DNA of 64,000 nucleotides from Magnetococcus sp. YQC-9. Its GTDB lineage: Bacteria > Pseudomonadota > Magnetococcia > Magnetococcales > Magnetaquicoccaceae. The position numbers and the translations under genes are program-made. How positions within the stretch are numbered: the first letter of the stretch is position 1; each line of letters begins with the position of its first letter. The notes beneath the pieces were generated by a model. The model saw nothing but the letters and a program-made list of their open reading frames with translations. It searched no databases and had not been told where the DNA came from. This document shows, in pieces, positions 27,442 to 38,159 of the stretch. The stretch covers positions 3,582-67,581 of the forward strand of contig JAMOBI010000003.1 of the NCBI GenBank assembly GCA_039908105.1, in the 5' to 3' direction.

Positions 27442-27621
27442 ATGGCTGTACCAAAAAAGAAAATTTCCTCCGCGCGCGGCGGTATGCGTCGTTCACACAA
27501 TGCCCTGACCCCGCCGGCATTGTCGCTTTGCCCCAACTGCCAGGAGCCGCGCCCTCCGCACAAGGTGTGTCCGCACTGCGGTTGGTACAAGGGACGCGAG
27601 GTTGTGGCGGTGAAGGAGTAA
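27442..27621 (+). CDS. rpmF: 50S ribosomal protein L32
   Basis: Not in the supplied track (59 aa). My translation is [59 protein letters not shown]; GGAG RBS; CxxC...CxxC zinc ribbon. Confidence 0.93.
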   Translation: MAVPKKKISSARGGMRRSHNALTPPALSLCPNCQEPRPPHKVCPHCGWYKGREVVAVKE

Positions 27622-27655
27622 TCGGCGCGGGCGCCTCATGAGGGGATGAGCGAGC

Positions 27656-28723
27656 GTGACCATTCGCATTGCACTGGATGCCATGGGGGGCGACAAGGCC
27701 CCCTCGGCCCCGATTGAGGGTGCTGTCCTGGCTTTGGGAGAGCATCCCGAGTGCGCGTTTACTCTGGTGGGACAGGTTGAGGTGATCCACGCCGAATTGG
27801 CGCGCATCGGTGCGGATTCAGGACGATTCCTCATCCATCCGGCCAGTGAGGTGGTCGGCATGGCGGAGAAGCCTTCGGTTGCATTGCGCACCAAGAAGGA
27901 CTCCTCGATACGCGTGGGCGCCAACCTGGTCAAGAGCGGGGAGGTGGATGCCTTCGTCTCCTCGGGCAATACCGGGGCGCTCATGGCGACCGCGCGCTAT
28001 GTGTTGAAGACCCTGCCGGGTGTCGATCGGCCAGCCATCATGGCGGTCATGCCTTCGATCACCGGTCAGACCTTGATGCTCGATGTGGGCGCCAATGTTG
28101 ACTGCACGGCGGATCATCTCTGTCAGTTCGCCCTGATGGGTCGGGTTTACGCTTCGGCGGTGATGGGTCTGAAGAACCCGAAGATCGGTCTGTTGAACAT
28201 CGGCGAGGAGGAGATCAAGGGCAACGAGGTGGTCAAAGTTGCCGGTGAGCGGCTCAAGTCTGAAGGTGGCAAGGGGTTCATTGGCAACGTCGAGGCCTCG
28301 GAGATCTTTACCGGGGGGGTGGATGTGGTGGTGTGCGACGGATTCGTCGGCAATGTGCTTTTGAAGACCACCGAGGGAATGGCGCGCATGTTGACCCATT
28401 TCCTCAAAGAGGCCTTCAGCGCATCAATCTGGACCAAACTGGGCTATCTGGCTGCCCGCCCCCCGATGAACGTGTTTCGTTCCCGGGTCGATCCGCGCAA
28501 GTATAATGGCGCGATTTTGTTGGGACTCAATGGCATTGTGGTCAAGAGTCACGGTTCGGCGGATGCCTTTGCCTTCAGTCGCGCCATTGGTGTGGCTGTG
28601 GATCTGGCTGCCAATCGCGTCAACGAGAAGATTCGCCGTGACATCGCGGCACATGCCGCTACCGCCGGCGTCACCAACGCTTGCGACACCGGCAACGGGG
28701 GAGAACAGGCATGTCCAGGTTGA
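27656..28723 (+). CDS. plsX: Phosphate acyltransferase PlsX
   Basis: GTG start; IALDAMGGD ... SSGNTGA ... [13 protein letters not shown] motifs. Confidence 0.95.
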   Translation: MTIRIALDAMGGDKAPSAPIEGAVLALGEHPECAFTLVGQVEVIHAELARIGADSGRFLIHPASEVVGMAEKPSVALRTKKDSSIRVGANLVKSGEVDAFVSSGNTGALMATARYVLKTLPGVDRPAIMAVMPSITGQTLMLDVGANVDCTADHLCQFALMGRVYASAVMGLKNPKIGLLNIGEEEIKGNEVVKVAGERLKSEGGKGFIGNVEASEIFTGGVDVVVCDGFVGNVLLKTTEGMARMLTHFLKEAFSASIWTKLGYLAARPPMNVFRSRVDPRKYNGAILLGLNGIVVKSHGSADAFAFSRAIGVAVDLAANRVNEKIRRDIAAHAATAGVTNACDTGNGGEQACPG

Positions 28724-29694
28724 GAGCCCGCATCATCGGAACCGGTTCTTATCTTCCGGAAAAACGGCTCACCAATCACGATCTGGCCCGGATGGTCGAT
28801 ACCTCGGACGAATGGATTTTTTCGCGTACCGGCATTCGGGAACGACGCATCGCAGCTGTTGGGGAGTACACCTCGGATCTGGCGGTCCAGGCTTCTCGTC
28901 GGGCGATCTTGGCTGCGGGGATTGATCCTGAGACCATCAATCTGATCATCGTGGCCACGACCACGCCGGACCTGATTTTTCCCTCCACCGCTTCGATTGT
29001 GCAGCACAAATTGGGACTCTCAGCCACGCGCATGCCGGCCTTTGACGTGCAGGCGGTGTGTGCCGGATTTCTGCATGCGCTCTCCATTGCCGATCAGTTC
29101 ATCCGTGCCGGCAGTTGTTGGCGGGTGTTGGTGATTGGAGCCGAGACCGCCTCGCGCATTCTTGACTGGAGCGATCGCGGCACTTGTATCCTGTTCGGCG
29201 ATGGGGCAGGGGCGGTGCTGCTTGAGGCAGAGTTGGACAGTGAGCGGGGAATCCTTTCGACCCATCTGCATGCCGATGGTTCGCAGCTCGATTTGTTGCT
29301 CACCGATGGGGGGATTTCGTGTGGTCCGGCACCTGGCGGAGGCATGGGTGCGATCCGCATGCAGGGCAACGAGGTGTTCAAACAGGCGGTCAAGGCGATG
29401 GAGTCTTGCGTGGATGAGACGCTGGTGGCCAATCAGATCGTCAAGGAGCAGGTGGACTGGCTGGTGCCGCATCAGGCCAATATCCGCATCATTCAGAGCA
29501 TGGCCAAACGGTTGGGCATGTCGATGGATCGGGTGGCGGTGACGGTCGATCGGCATGGCAACACCTCGGCGGCGAGTGTACCGTTGGCGCTTGATGAGGT
29601 GGTGCGGGCTGGATTGATTCAGGCAGGTCAGCGGGTGATGATGGTGGCTTTTGGAGGCGGATTCACCTGGGGATCGGCGTTGGTGCGCTGGTGA
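28711..29694 (+). CDS. fabH: 3-oxoacyl-ACP synthase III
   Basis: [11 protein letters not shown]-terminus, active-site Cys in [15 protein letters not shown] and GNTSAAS motifs; overlaps the plsX end. Confidence 0.95.
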   Translation: MSRLRARIIGTGSYLPEKRLTNHDLARMVDTSDEWIFSRTGIRERRIAAVGEYTSDLAVQASRRAILAAGIDPETINLIIVATTTPDLIFPSTASIVQHKLGLSATRMPAFDVQAVCAGFLHALSIADQFIRAGSCWRVLVIGAETASRILDWSDRGTCILFGDGAGAVLLEAELDSERGILSTHLHADGSQLDLLLTDGGISCGPAPGGGMGAIRMQGNEVFKQAVKAMESCVDETLVANQIVKEQVDWLVPHQANIRIIQSMAKRLGMSMDRVAVTVDRHGNTSAASVPLALDEVVRAGLIQAGQRVMMVAFGGGFTWGSALVRW

Positions 29695-29807
29695 GTCGAG
29701 AGTTTTGCAAGAGTCATCATTCTGAATCGGTTGTGGTATTATGAAAGCATTTGAATGATTTAGGTTTTTTATTGTTGTGATCTTTTGGTTTTTTATTGTG
29801 GTTGGTT

Positions 29808-30662
29808 ATGGCTGCACAATCTTCAGAAATCATCTTTCTTGGCCACTGTCCGGACCGCGTCGGCCTGGATGCCCGCATCACCGGTTTTTTTGCCGATGAG
29901 TTGTTCAATATTCTCGATCTCTCGCAGCACTCGGAACGGGGTCGTTTCTTCATCCGTATCGAAGGGAGCGAGGAGGGAGGCCCGCAATCGATTCAGACCT
30001 GGACCGAGAAGTTTTTCCCGATCGCCCGCGAGCTGGATATGGAATACTCCTTCCACGACCCGCTGGAGCGGTTGCGCGTGGTGATGTTCTGCTCCAAGAC
30101 GCTGCCCTGTCCACTGGAGGTGATCTCACGCTGGTTGAGCGGTGAGATGCGCATCGATCTGCGCGCGGTGGTGAGCAATCACCTGGTGATCGAACCGATC
30201 ATTCGCAAACTGGATCTGCCGTTTCATCACACCCCGACCACCGGTGATACCCATCTGTTCGAGCCGATGCAGCTGCGCATCATCGAACAGACTGCACCGG
30301 ATCTGATCGTGCTGGCGCGCTACATGAAGATCCTCTCGGCCCGTTTTCTCGCCGAGGTGCGCACGCCGATCATCAACATCCACCACTCCTTCCTGCCCTC
30401 GTTCATCGGCAACGATCCCTACGAGCAGGCGTACCGGCGCGGTGTCAAGCTGATCGGTGCCACGGCGCACTTCGTCACCTGCGAGCTGGACGAAGGCCCG
30501 ATCATCCATCAGGATGTGGTGCGCATCGGCCATCAGTTTTCCGTCTCGGACATGAAACAGGTGGGTGCGGACATCGAAAAGCAGGTGCTCGCCTCGGCGT
30601 TGCGCAAGTTCACCGAACGCAAGATCATCCAGTGGCAGGGTCGGACGGTGGTGTTTCACTGA
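29808..30662 (+). CDS. purU: Formyltetrahydrofolate deformylase
   Basis: N-terminal ACT-like domain (CPDRVGLDARIT), C-terminal formyltransferase core (INIHHSFLP, GATAHFV). Confidence 0.92.
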   Translation: MAAQSSEIIFLGHCPDRVGLDARITGFFADELFNILDLSQHSERGRFFIRIEGSEEGGPQSIQTWTEKFFPIARELDMEYSFHDPLERLRVVMFCSKTLPCPLEVISRWLSGEMRIDLRAVVSNHLVIEPIIRKLDLPFHHTPTTGDTHLFEPMQLRIIEQTAPDLIVLARYMKILSARFLAEVRTPIINIHHSFLPSFIGNDPYEQAYRRGVKLIGATAHFVTCELDEGPIIHQDVVRIGHQFSVSDMKQVGADIEKQVLASALRKFTERKIIQWQGRTVVFH

Positions 30663-30673
30663 CGGGTGGAGAT

Positions 30674-31008
30674 GATTGCGGAACCAAACGATTGTGGGGG
30701 TCCGGGGGCGATCATCGTCCCCGGTAGGGGTTTGGGGACGAAGTCCCCAAGGTTTTGCTTTTGACTTTGGCGCGCTCTTGTAAGAAGCATTTTTCGCGTT
30801 TTTTGCGAAAAATGCGCCGCGCGCGGCCTTCGCCTGCTTCGTTTCCGTCTTTTGGAAACGAAGCAGGCAGCTTGCACACAGCATTGCGGATCAGGCTGTC
30901 AAATCAGCTTGGTTGATCCACCAGGTTAACGTAAGGCGCCACCGAAACGCCCAGACCCGCTCTTTTTTGTACCAGTAAAAACCACATATTCCAAGCTGGA
31001 TGCGGTTT
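30674..31008. repeat. Mosaic palindromic intergenic repeat, family A, locus 6
   Basis: Shares the TTTTGCTTTTGACTTTGGCGCGCTCTT and GCGAAAAATGCGCCGCGCGCGGCCTTCGC modules and the CAGGCTGTCAAATCAGC module; ends GGATGCGGTTT at 31008. Confidence 0.88.
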
Positions 31009-31026
31009 AAAACCCAACCCGTCCCC

Positions 31027-31878
31027 TCACACCCCTATGCGCTTGCGGGGATGCTTGCCCCCACCCGGCGGCGGATGCGCCGCAGTCTGCACCGCCTCCA
31101 CCAGTCGATCCACGGTCATGGCATCGGCCACCGAGAGCATCACGAATTGCACGCCGTACAACTGCCGCGACACCTGCACATCCTTGCTGTCACGCGCCCT
31201 GGTGATCGCGGTGACGGTGCCGAAGGTGTTGATCGGCGTACCCATCAAAATCTCACCGCGAATCGATACCCCGATTTTCACACCGCTCTCCAAAGGCACC
31301 GGAGGGGTATTGCAGGTGAACGACAAGCCCCCCTGAGAAATATCCACCACCTGCGCGGAGAACGGCTCAGCGCCACGCTTTTGAATCATCACCTCCAACA
31401 ACATGTCGTTGGGGATTTCGACCCGCTGCTGCATTCGCTTGGTGCTCACCTGGAAACCGGGCGGCCAGGAGAGCTCGATCGCCTGCCCGCTTTCGATGCG
31501 CTGCACCTTGCGGAAAGTCACCACGGTACGGAACAACTCCAGTCCCAGACAGAATCCCAGCAGCACCTTGGTTGCCTTGCGGATGCGCATATTGCCATCC
31601 GGGGGCTCCAACGGGGTGATCAGAATCCAATTCTCCTCGGATGGAGTGGCCATCGCATCCGTACCGCCCGGTTGAATCTTGGCCGCATACTGTGCGAGAA
31701 CCAGATCCGCAGCTTTTTTCTTCAAGTGGCTCAGATCTTCGGAGAGCGACAACAAACGCGCTCCGTAATATTTCTCCTCGCCGTCGAGCCGTACCTCCAA
31801 CAGGACGTTCTCTTGCACAGCGCGTTGCAGAATATCGAAAATCGATGGTTTGCCAGGTGCATTCTTGTCCATAGCCAT
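31027..31878 (-). CDS. PilZ-domain c-di-GMP receptor, YcgR-like (PilZN + PilZ)
   Basis: RxxxR (RMQQR) and DxSxxG (DISQGG) motifs in the C-terminal half; N-terminal YcgR-type domain. Confidence 0.8.
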   Translation of the reverse strand: MAMDKNAPGKPSIFDILQRAVQENVLLEVRLDGEEKYYGARLLSLSEDLSHLKKKAADLVLAQYAAKIQPGGTDAMATPSEENWILITPLEPPDGNMRIRKATKVLLGFCLGLELFRTVVTFRKVQRIESGQAIELSWPPGFQVSTKRMQQRVEIPNDMLLEVMIQKRGAEPFSAQVVDISQGGLSFTCNTPPVPLESGVKIGVSIRGEILMGTPINTFGTVTAITRARDSKDVQVSRQLYGVQFVMLSVADAMTVDRLVEAVQTAAHPPPGGGKHPRKRIGV

Positions 31879-32100
31879 ATTCTTCTTAAGACCTTTCCCA
31901 ATCGCGCGAACAGACAAGAACCAAAGATAAGAGGTGTTTGTAGATTTGCAAGATTATGCAGAATTCATGCCATCGTTAAAATCAATACTCATGGAACGAT
32001 TTTATCTTGCCAATTCCGTACATGAACACCAAATGATGCACCGACACCCCCACCATCCCGCCAAACAAGCTCCGGAAAGAATCGCCCAACCCGGCAATTT

Positions 32101-32352
32101 TAAACCGTACCCATTTTGGGTAGTGCCTTACGTTAACCTAAGCTGCACCTATTTTGGAATGCGTAGTTTTTCGCAAGGCTGCGTGCAAGATGCGGGGGTC
32201 GTTTCCAAAAAGCGGAAATGACCCCCGCGAAGGCCGCGCGCGGCGCATTTTTCGCAAAAAACGCGAAAAATGCTTCTTATAAGAGCGCGCTAAAGTCAAA
32301 AGCAAAACCCTGGGCGAGGAATCTCCCAGACCCTCTCTTTATTTTCACCAGA
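32101..32352. repeat. Mosaic palindromic intergenic repeat, family A, locus 7 (one terminus missing)
   Basis: TAAACCGTACCC start; core modules in the same orientation as locus 3; no GCGGTTT terminus at the far end. Confidence 0.88.
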
Positions 32353-32389
32353 AAAAAACATCCACATCCACATCCGGATCATCGTTGGA

Positions 32390-33262
32390 TTATTGATACT
32401 TTGTCCCTTTTCCGGGATCCATCGGAGGTTGCACCCGCGGATGGCCGGGCGGCATGCCCGGTCCTTCAGCACCCGGCAACGGCGGCGGTGCGACCTGCTT
32501 GAAACCAGCCGGAAGCTGGAACAGCGCCGCATCCTGGGCACCCTCATGAATCGCCGAGACCTCCATGGCGGCCTGACGCCCCTCGCCCAAACGCACGGGA
32601 ATGCGCAGATTGGCATCCACCCACTGCTGATAGCTGTTTTTCTTATCCTTGAAGCTGTGGGTGAACTCCCACTTTTCCGTATCGCGACCGTCGACCTTCT
32701 CAACACCGAGCAGCTTGCGCTCCATGATTGGACCATCATTGGGCTGCTGACGGAGGACGATGCGCCGTTTCGGATCGATCCAGATATGCACGACGTGCTG
32801 CCCACCCTCCTTGCCACCCGCCTTGACCGACCACTTCTCGGCTTGAATCCCCTGAATGGTCTCGGTGCCATCACGCGAACAGCTCAATTGCGGATCGATC
32901 TTGCAGGGGCCTTTCGGATCATCGGGCATCTTTTCCACATCCGGACGCGGCGGCATGAGCGCCTCACTCAAACCCTCGTAATACTCCTTCTTGTCCGGAA
33001 TCAGGGTATAGGCCTTGCGTTCCGGGAGATTGACGATCAGAACCTTCTTGACCCCCTGATGGATCCCTTCGGCGCGAAACCGATCCGCACCCACGTAGAG
33101 CTTGCCGGAGGCGCGATCCTTGGGATCCATCGGATTGATCATCGTGATATCCGCCGCAAAGGGGGCTGCGTACCAGGAGGCGGCTCGCACGACACCAGGC
33201 ATGAGCAACACGAGCATTGCCAAAGCGCTCGCAGACAGGGATCGGGAGACGGTCATCAGCAT
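32390..33262 (-). CDS. Secreted hypothetical protein, Pro-rich C-terminus
   Basis: Signal peptide ALAMLVLLMPGVVRA; beta-rich body; PPPLPGAEGPGMPPGHP tail; family not recognised with confidence. Confidence 0.65.
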   Translation of the reverse strand: MLMTVSRSLSASALAMLVLLMPGVVRAASWYAAPFAADITMINPMDPKDRASGKLYVGADRFRAEGIHQGVKKVLIVNLPERKAYTLIPDKKEYYEGLSEALMPPRPDVEKMPDDPKGPCKIDPQLSCSRDGTETIQGIQAEKWSVKAGGKEGGQHVVHIWIDPKRRIVLRQQPNDGPIMERKLLGVEKVDGRDTEKWEFTHSFKDKKNSYQQWVDANLRIPVRLGEGRQAAMEVSAIHEGAQDAALFQLPAGFKQVAPPPLPGAEGPGMPPGHPRVQPPMDPGKGTKYQ

Positions 33263-33438
33263 GCACCCTCGTTGTCAGGTAGAGAAAATGGGGTATCTTA
33301 CGATAGCGAATGTCGAATATATCTTGGCGTAAACCCAAAAATCAAGCTATACACAAAATCCCGCATCCGGAAAGTCAATTCCATAACAAGGGCGGGTTTG
33401 ACTTCGATCCACAACGATTTATCATCAGGAGTGCCACC

Positions 33439-33864
33439 ATGGCCATTCAACGTACCCTCTCCATGATCAAACCCGATGCCGTGGCCAAGAATGTCATCGG
33501 CGCCATCTATGCCCGTTTCGAGGCTGCCGGTTTGCGCATCGTCGCTGCCAGGATGCTCCACCTGTCGCCGGCGCAGGCGGGCGCTTTCTACGGCGTGCAC
33601 AAGGGCAGGCCGTTTTATGACGATCTGGTGCGCTACATGAGCTCCGGCCCGATCATGGCGCAGATCCTCGAAGGCGAAGAGGCGATCGCCAAGAATCGCG
33701 AAGTGATGGGCGCCACCAACCCGGCCAAGGCCGCACCGGGGACGATTCGCGCCGATTTCGCCGAAAGCATCGAAGCCAATGCCGTACATGGCTCGGATGC
33801 CCCGGAGACGGCAGCCCAGGAGATCGCCTTCTTCTTCGGTCAAATGGAGATCTGCCCGCGTTGA
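33439..33864 (+). CDS. ndk: Nucleoside diphosphate kinase
   Basis: [15 protein letters not shown] ... NAVHGSD (active-site His). Confidence 0.95.
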   Translation: MAIQRTLSMIKPDAVAKNVIGAIYARFEAAGLRIVAARMLHLSPAQAGAFYGVHKGRPFYDDLVRYMSSGPIMAQILEGEEAIAKNREVMGATNPAKAAPGTIRADFAESIEANAVHGSDAPETAAQEIAFFFGQMEICPR

Positions 33865-35030
33865 TGACAGGCATGAGTGCCGATTTGACATCTGTGCACG
33901 AACCGTATCACGCGCCCGAATGGATACCCGTGCCTGAATCCCATCTGGCGAGCGATCCGTTCACATTATCCGGATTCTCGCCAACCGCTCCCTTGCGATT
34001 GACCGGCCTGACCCGCGACGAGTTGATCCAACTTATGGTTGACTCGGGTGAAAAGCCGTATCGGGGGCAGCAGGTGTGGTCGTGGGTCTACGCCAAACTG
34101 GCCGGATCGTCCGAGGAGATGACCGACCTCTCCAAGTCGTTCCGCGTCCGTCTGGCCGAGATCATCGCCCCCTTGCGACCTCCAGTGATCTCGCATCGGG
34201 TATCCGCCGACGGCACCGAGAAGTGGCTTCTGGACTGCGGGGATGGGGTGGCCACAGAAACGGTCTTCATCCCGGATGAGGAGCGCGGCACGGTCTGCGT
34301 CTCCTCGCAGGCCGGATGCAGCCTCGCCTGCCCTTTCTGCCGCACCGGCACCCTGCCGTTGCGCCGCAATCTGACCACTGCTGAAATCGTCGAGCAGGTG
34401 CTGTTCGTGCGCGCCACGCTGGCTGAACGCGGGATCCGGGTCACCAACGTGGTGCTGATGGGCATGGGTGAGCCGCTGTACAATCTCGGGGCCGTCAGCC
34501 GCGCGGTCAAAATCATCATGGACAATACGGGGCTGGCGATCGGCTGTCGCAAACTGACCCTCTCCACCTCCGGGGTGGTCAACCGGATGGCGGAAGCGGG
34601 CCGCGAGCTCAACGTCAATCTGGCGATCTCGTTGCACAGCGTGCGCGATTCGGTACGCGACCAGCTGGTACCGATCAATCGCAAGTTCAATCTGGCCGCC
34701 TTGCGGCGCGCCGCATTCGCCTGGCCGATGCGCGGACGCGATCGCATCACCTGGGAGTACGTGTTGCTCGAAGGGGTCAATGACTCTTTGCAGGATGCGT
34801 GCGAACTGGTGGCCTGGCTCAAAGGTATCCCCTCCAAGGTCAACCTGTTGGCCTTCAATCCCTGGCCTGGCGCCCCCTACACCCCGACCCCGCGCGAGCA
34901 GATCCTCCGGTTCCAGGAGGTGGTGGCCAATGCTGGATTGGTGACGATCATTCGTGACAGTCGCGGTGCGGATGTGGGGGCCGCTTGCGGTCAACTGGCC
35001 GGCATGGCGGGCGAGGTGGAAAAGACATAA
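33864..35030 (+). CDS. rlmN: 23S rRNA/tRNA A2503 C2-methyltransferase RlmN (radical SAM)
   Basis: CxxxCxxC motif as GCSLACPFC, MGMGEPL, and a conserved C-terminal Cys in GAACGQL. Confidence 0.92.
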   Translation: MTGMSADLTSVHEPYHAPEWIPVPESHLASDPFTLSGFSPTAPLRLTGLTRDELIQLMVDSGEKPYRGQQVWSWVYAKLAGSSEEMTDLSKSFRVRLAEIIAPLRPPVISHRVSADGTEKWLLDCGDGVATETVFIPDEERGTVCVSSQAGCSLACPFCRTGTLPLRRNLTTAEIVEQVLFVRATLAERGIRVTNVVLMGMGEPLYNLGAVSRAVKIIMDNTGLAIGCRKLTLSTSGVVNRMAEAGRELNVNLAISLHSVRDSVRDQLVPINRKFNLAALRRAAFAWPMRGRDRITWEYVLLEGVNDSLQDACELVAWLKGIPSKVNLLAFNPWPGAPYTPTPREQILRFQEVVANAGLVTIIRDSRGADVGAACGQLAGMAGEVEKT

Positions 35031-35068
35031 AGAATGAAGAGAAAGAACGCCATGCTCGCAATGGCGCT

Positions 35069-35316
35069 TAAACCGCAACCATCACGGGATGCGTAGTTCC
35101 ATTAATAGGGGTCCAGGGGGATTATCCCCCTGGTGGGATCCAAGGGCAAAGCCCTTGGGACTTTGTTTTTGACTTTAGCGCGCTGCCTTGCAAAAAACTA
35201 CGCATCCCAAAGCAGGTGCGGTTTGAGGTCAAAAGCAAAACCCTGGGAGAGGAATCTCCCAGACCCTCTCTTTTTTTCACCAGTAAAACTACACATTACA
35301 AGCTGGGTGCTGTTTA
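35069..35316. repeat. Mosaic palindromic intergenic repeat, family A, locus 8 (two abutting units)
   Basis: TAAACCGCAACC ... CAGGTGCGGTTT (to about 35223), then a second partial unit ending GGGTGCTGTTTA that overlaps the receptor stop codon. Confidence 0.9.
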
Positions 35317-37353
35317 AAACCTCGCTGTCGCCCCCACGATGAAACGACGGCCAGAAGAGGGGTAATAAACCCTTTCATCGCCGATGATAAAATCCTTGAT
35401 ACCGATCACCCCATACTCCGCATACTCCTTGCCGAGCAGATTGGTGATGCTCAACCACCCGCCGATGCCCGACGACCATTGATGCCGAACCGTGGCATCC
35501 AAGACCGCATATCCGGAAAGTTCCCCAAAGCGGTTTGCAAAGTCGCTGATGAACGGACGGGGACCGACGAACCGTTCGATCAGCTCCAGCGTCGTTGCCT
35601 CGGTCGGGAAATATTTCACGCTCGCGCCACCCTTCCAAGTGGGAACGCCCGGAAATCGTTTGCCAGTTTGGGGGCCGTCTTGAATCTCGGCGTGCGTCCA
35701 GCTGGCATGCACGGATAAGGCCCACTGCTCGGACTGTTTGGCCAACTGCATCTCCACGCCATCGCGGCGAACCGTGCCATCCAGATTGATGTTGGAAAAT
35801 CGCATCGGATCGTAGTAGATCTCATCCTGGGTATCGATGCGAAACAGACTCGTCTCGATGCGAAAAGCCGGGGTCACGAGATGACTCCAACCCCATTGGT
35901 ACTCGGTTGAGCGTTGCGGATGCAACCGGGTGATCTGCGCCGGTCCGGGAGGAAAATAGAAGTACATTTCATCCAGCAACGGATAGCGGAAGCTGGAGGA
36001 GAAATTGGCAAAAATCCGGTCGCGCCCGTTGAGATCATGCGAAACACCCAATGACCAGGCGCTCTTGTGCATCTTCAGCGACTCCGGACCGGAGTCCGAG
36101 TTGAAATCATAGTGTCCGCGATCGGTACGCACCCCTTGCGTCAGATGCCAGCGATCGGACAGATGCACTTCATTGTGCAGATATCCGCCCAGCGTGCTTT
36201 TCTCCAATCTGGTGTCCCACATCTTGCCCAACAGGATGGCATCCGTGATTGTCTCCTCATCGGTTTGGTAATCCAGACCGAGGGTCAAACGATCCAAGAC
36301 AGCGCCTGATGAACGCTCCAGTCGCATCTTGGGAGCCACTGAATAGACGGTGAGATCGGCGTGACGGCTGAATCCCCAAGAGCGGGTGTCGCTCACCAGG
36401 GCGCGGTCGCGCCAGGCGAGATCCAGGGTGAAACGATCCTGCCCACTCAACCATATTTCCGGTGTCAGATGTACATAGGAGTCCTCCACACGGGCTGAGT
36501 CATCCGGTCTTGTCGTGGCGCGCCGGGTTAACCCTTTGGCAAAATCGCTCTCTGCCAGATCTCCCGGCTGACGGGCGGTGTCGTGCTGGACACCGGCATT
36601 CAACTGCACAGCCCACTTCTCGCTGCCTTGATAGCGCAGCTTGATCCCGCCGTCGCGGGCATCCAGGTCGCTGTTGTCGCGAAAGCCATCCTCGTTTTTG
36701 ATCCCGACACTCAAGGAGTAGGAGAGACGGCGGTCACTCCCCTCGTATGCCAGGCGACTGCTGGCCAGACCATAACTGCCGGCTTCCACCCGCATCTCGG
36801 CAAGCGAAGCGGATCCACCCGAGCGGGTCAGGATGTTGATCACCCCGCCTGAGGCATTGTCGCCATACAGCACCCCGCCCGATCCACCCCGGAGGATTTC
36901 GATCCGCTCAACCCGGGACAAGGGGATCTGCAACCAGTCCACCCCTCCCAGATCGGCCTGGTTTAAGCGTCTCCCATCGACCAGCACCAGGGTGTTGGCC
37001 GCCGCACTCTCGCCGAAACCACGCAAATCGACGTTGAAATAACGGCCATTGCCGCCGAAATCGGCCACATGCACCCCCGCCACGCTGCGCAACAGATCGG
37101 GAATCGAAGTGGCATGACTCTCCTCGATCTGCTCGCGAGTGAGGGTGGTGACGTGCGCCGGAACCGTCTCCCGCTTGACCGGAAAACGGGTTGCGGTCAC
37201 CACCGTCTCCTCGATTCGAGGCATCGGCGATGGACCGGTTTCCACGGCATGGGCATCCATAAAAAGGGAAAAAAACAGGCACGACAGGGATAAACAGGGA
37301 ATCCGGCGCACAGGAACACCTCCCAGGCACTGTTTCTCGAAGCTCTCCCGCAT
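35314..37353 (-). CDS. btuB: TonB-dependent outer-membrane receptor, probable cobalamin receptor
   Basis: Signal peptide, TonB box ETVVTATR, plug and beta-barrel, terminal aromatic ...TARF; symbol inferred from the upstream cobalamin riboswitch. Confidence 0.8.
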   Translation of the reverse strand: MRESFEKQCLGGVPVRRIPCLSLSCLFFSLFMDAHAVETGPSPMPRIEETVVTATRFPVKRETVPAHVTTLTREQIEESHATSIPDLLRSVAGVHVADFGGNGRYFNVDLRGFGESAAANTLVLVDGRRLNQADLGGVDWLQIPLSRVERIEILRGGSGGVLYGDNASGGVINILTRSGGSASLAEMRVEAGSYGLASSRLAYEGSDRRLSYSLSVGIKNEDGFRDNSDLDARDGGIKLRYQGSEKWAVQLNAGVQHDTARQPGDLAESDFAKGLTRRATTRPDDSARVEDSYVHLTPEIWLSGQDRFTLDLAWRDRALVSDTRSWGFSRHADLTVYSVAPKMRLERSSGAVLDRLTLGLDYQTDEETITDAILLGKMWDTRLEKSTLGGYLHNEVHLSDRWHLTQGVRTDRGHYDFNSDSGPESLKMHKSAWSLGVSHDLNGRDRIFANFSSSFRYPLLDEMYFYFPPGPAQITRLHPQRSTEYQWGWSHLVTPAFRIETSLFRIDTQDEIYYDPMRFSNINLDGTVRRDGVEMQLAKQSEQWALSVHASWTHAEIQDGPQTGKRFPGVPTWKGGASVKYFPTEATTLELIERFVGPRPFISDFANRFGELSGYAVLDATVRHQWSSGIGGWLSITNLLGKEYAEYGVIGIKDFIIGDERVYYPSSGRRFIVGATARF

Positions 37354-37499
37354 TCGAGAAGAATGGTGTCAGGCGTCTACGCAGAAATTTCAAGGGGGGA
37401 GAAAAAACAGCAAACCGCCAGGAAAAACCGTCTTTAAGAATCGCTGACGAGGCTCTTCCAAGCCGCCGCCCCGCGCGACGCGACTTAAAAAAACACCTC

Positions 37500-37710
37500 A
37501 AGGCCGGTCTCCGGGCTGACGAGCGCTCCGGGTTGAACCCGGAATCCAACGAAAAACACCTTCCCACCCTATCGGGCAGTGGCATCAACTTTTTCGTCTT
37601 GACTCGATCACCGTTGCGGGGGCAGCGCCGGATTTGAAGAGGGGATCTTCCACCGGACTTCCCGTTTCACTCCCCATCTGAAAGGGGAGAACCTTGCGGC
37701 ATGCCAATGA
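37500..37710 (-). promoter_or_regulatory. Cobalamin (B12) riboswitch
   Basis: Minus strand reads AAACGGGAAGTCCGGTGGAAGATCC ... AATCCGGCGCTGCCCCCGCAACGGTGA ... GCCACTG ... GGGAAGG, then B12 box AGCCCGGAGACCGGCC (plus-strand 37501-37520), followed by a U-run; about 150 nt upstream of the receptor ATG. Confidence 0.88.
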
Positions 37711-37801
37711 CGATAGAGAGGGGGGCGGTTGGGTGTCAAGGAGAAACCTTGCAGGCTGGGGGAGAATCCCCGCACCCCCATCCGTGGAACTTAAATGAGG
37801 A

Positions 37802-38054
37802 TTAAACCGCACCTGTTTTGGGATGCGTAGTTTTTTGCAAGGCTGCGTGCAAGATGTGAGCGTCGTTTCCAAAAAGCGGAAACGAGCTCACGAAGGCCGC
37901 GCGCGGCGCATTTTTCGCAAAAAACGCTTCTTGAGAAGAGCGCGCTAAAGTCAAAAACAAAGTCCCAAGGGCTTCGCCCTTGGATCCCACCAGAGGGGAT
38001 AATCCCCCTGGACCCCTATTAATGGAACTACGCATCCCGTGATGGTTGCGGTTT
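37802..38054. repeat. Mosaic palindromic intergenic repeat, family A, locus 9
   Basis: TTAAACCGCACC ... GGTTGCGGTTTA; reverse-complement arrangement of the locus 1 and locus 8 modules. Confidence 0.92.
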
Positions 38055-38159
38055 AGTCATCATAAAAAATAATCCGGTTCGCAAGAACCGGTTTACTTTT
38101 TGGTGCCTATTATTGGGAATCTTGACAACCGGTACATGGGTGGTGGGAGTGCTGGTCGA

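Noticed and set aside
31000-32025. 341-aa plus-strand ORF overlapping the YcgR-like PilZ gene
   Set aside because: It is the antisense shadow of a gene with clear RxxxR/DxSxxG motifs. Its His/Arg/Leu-rich translation has no recognisable domain.
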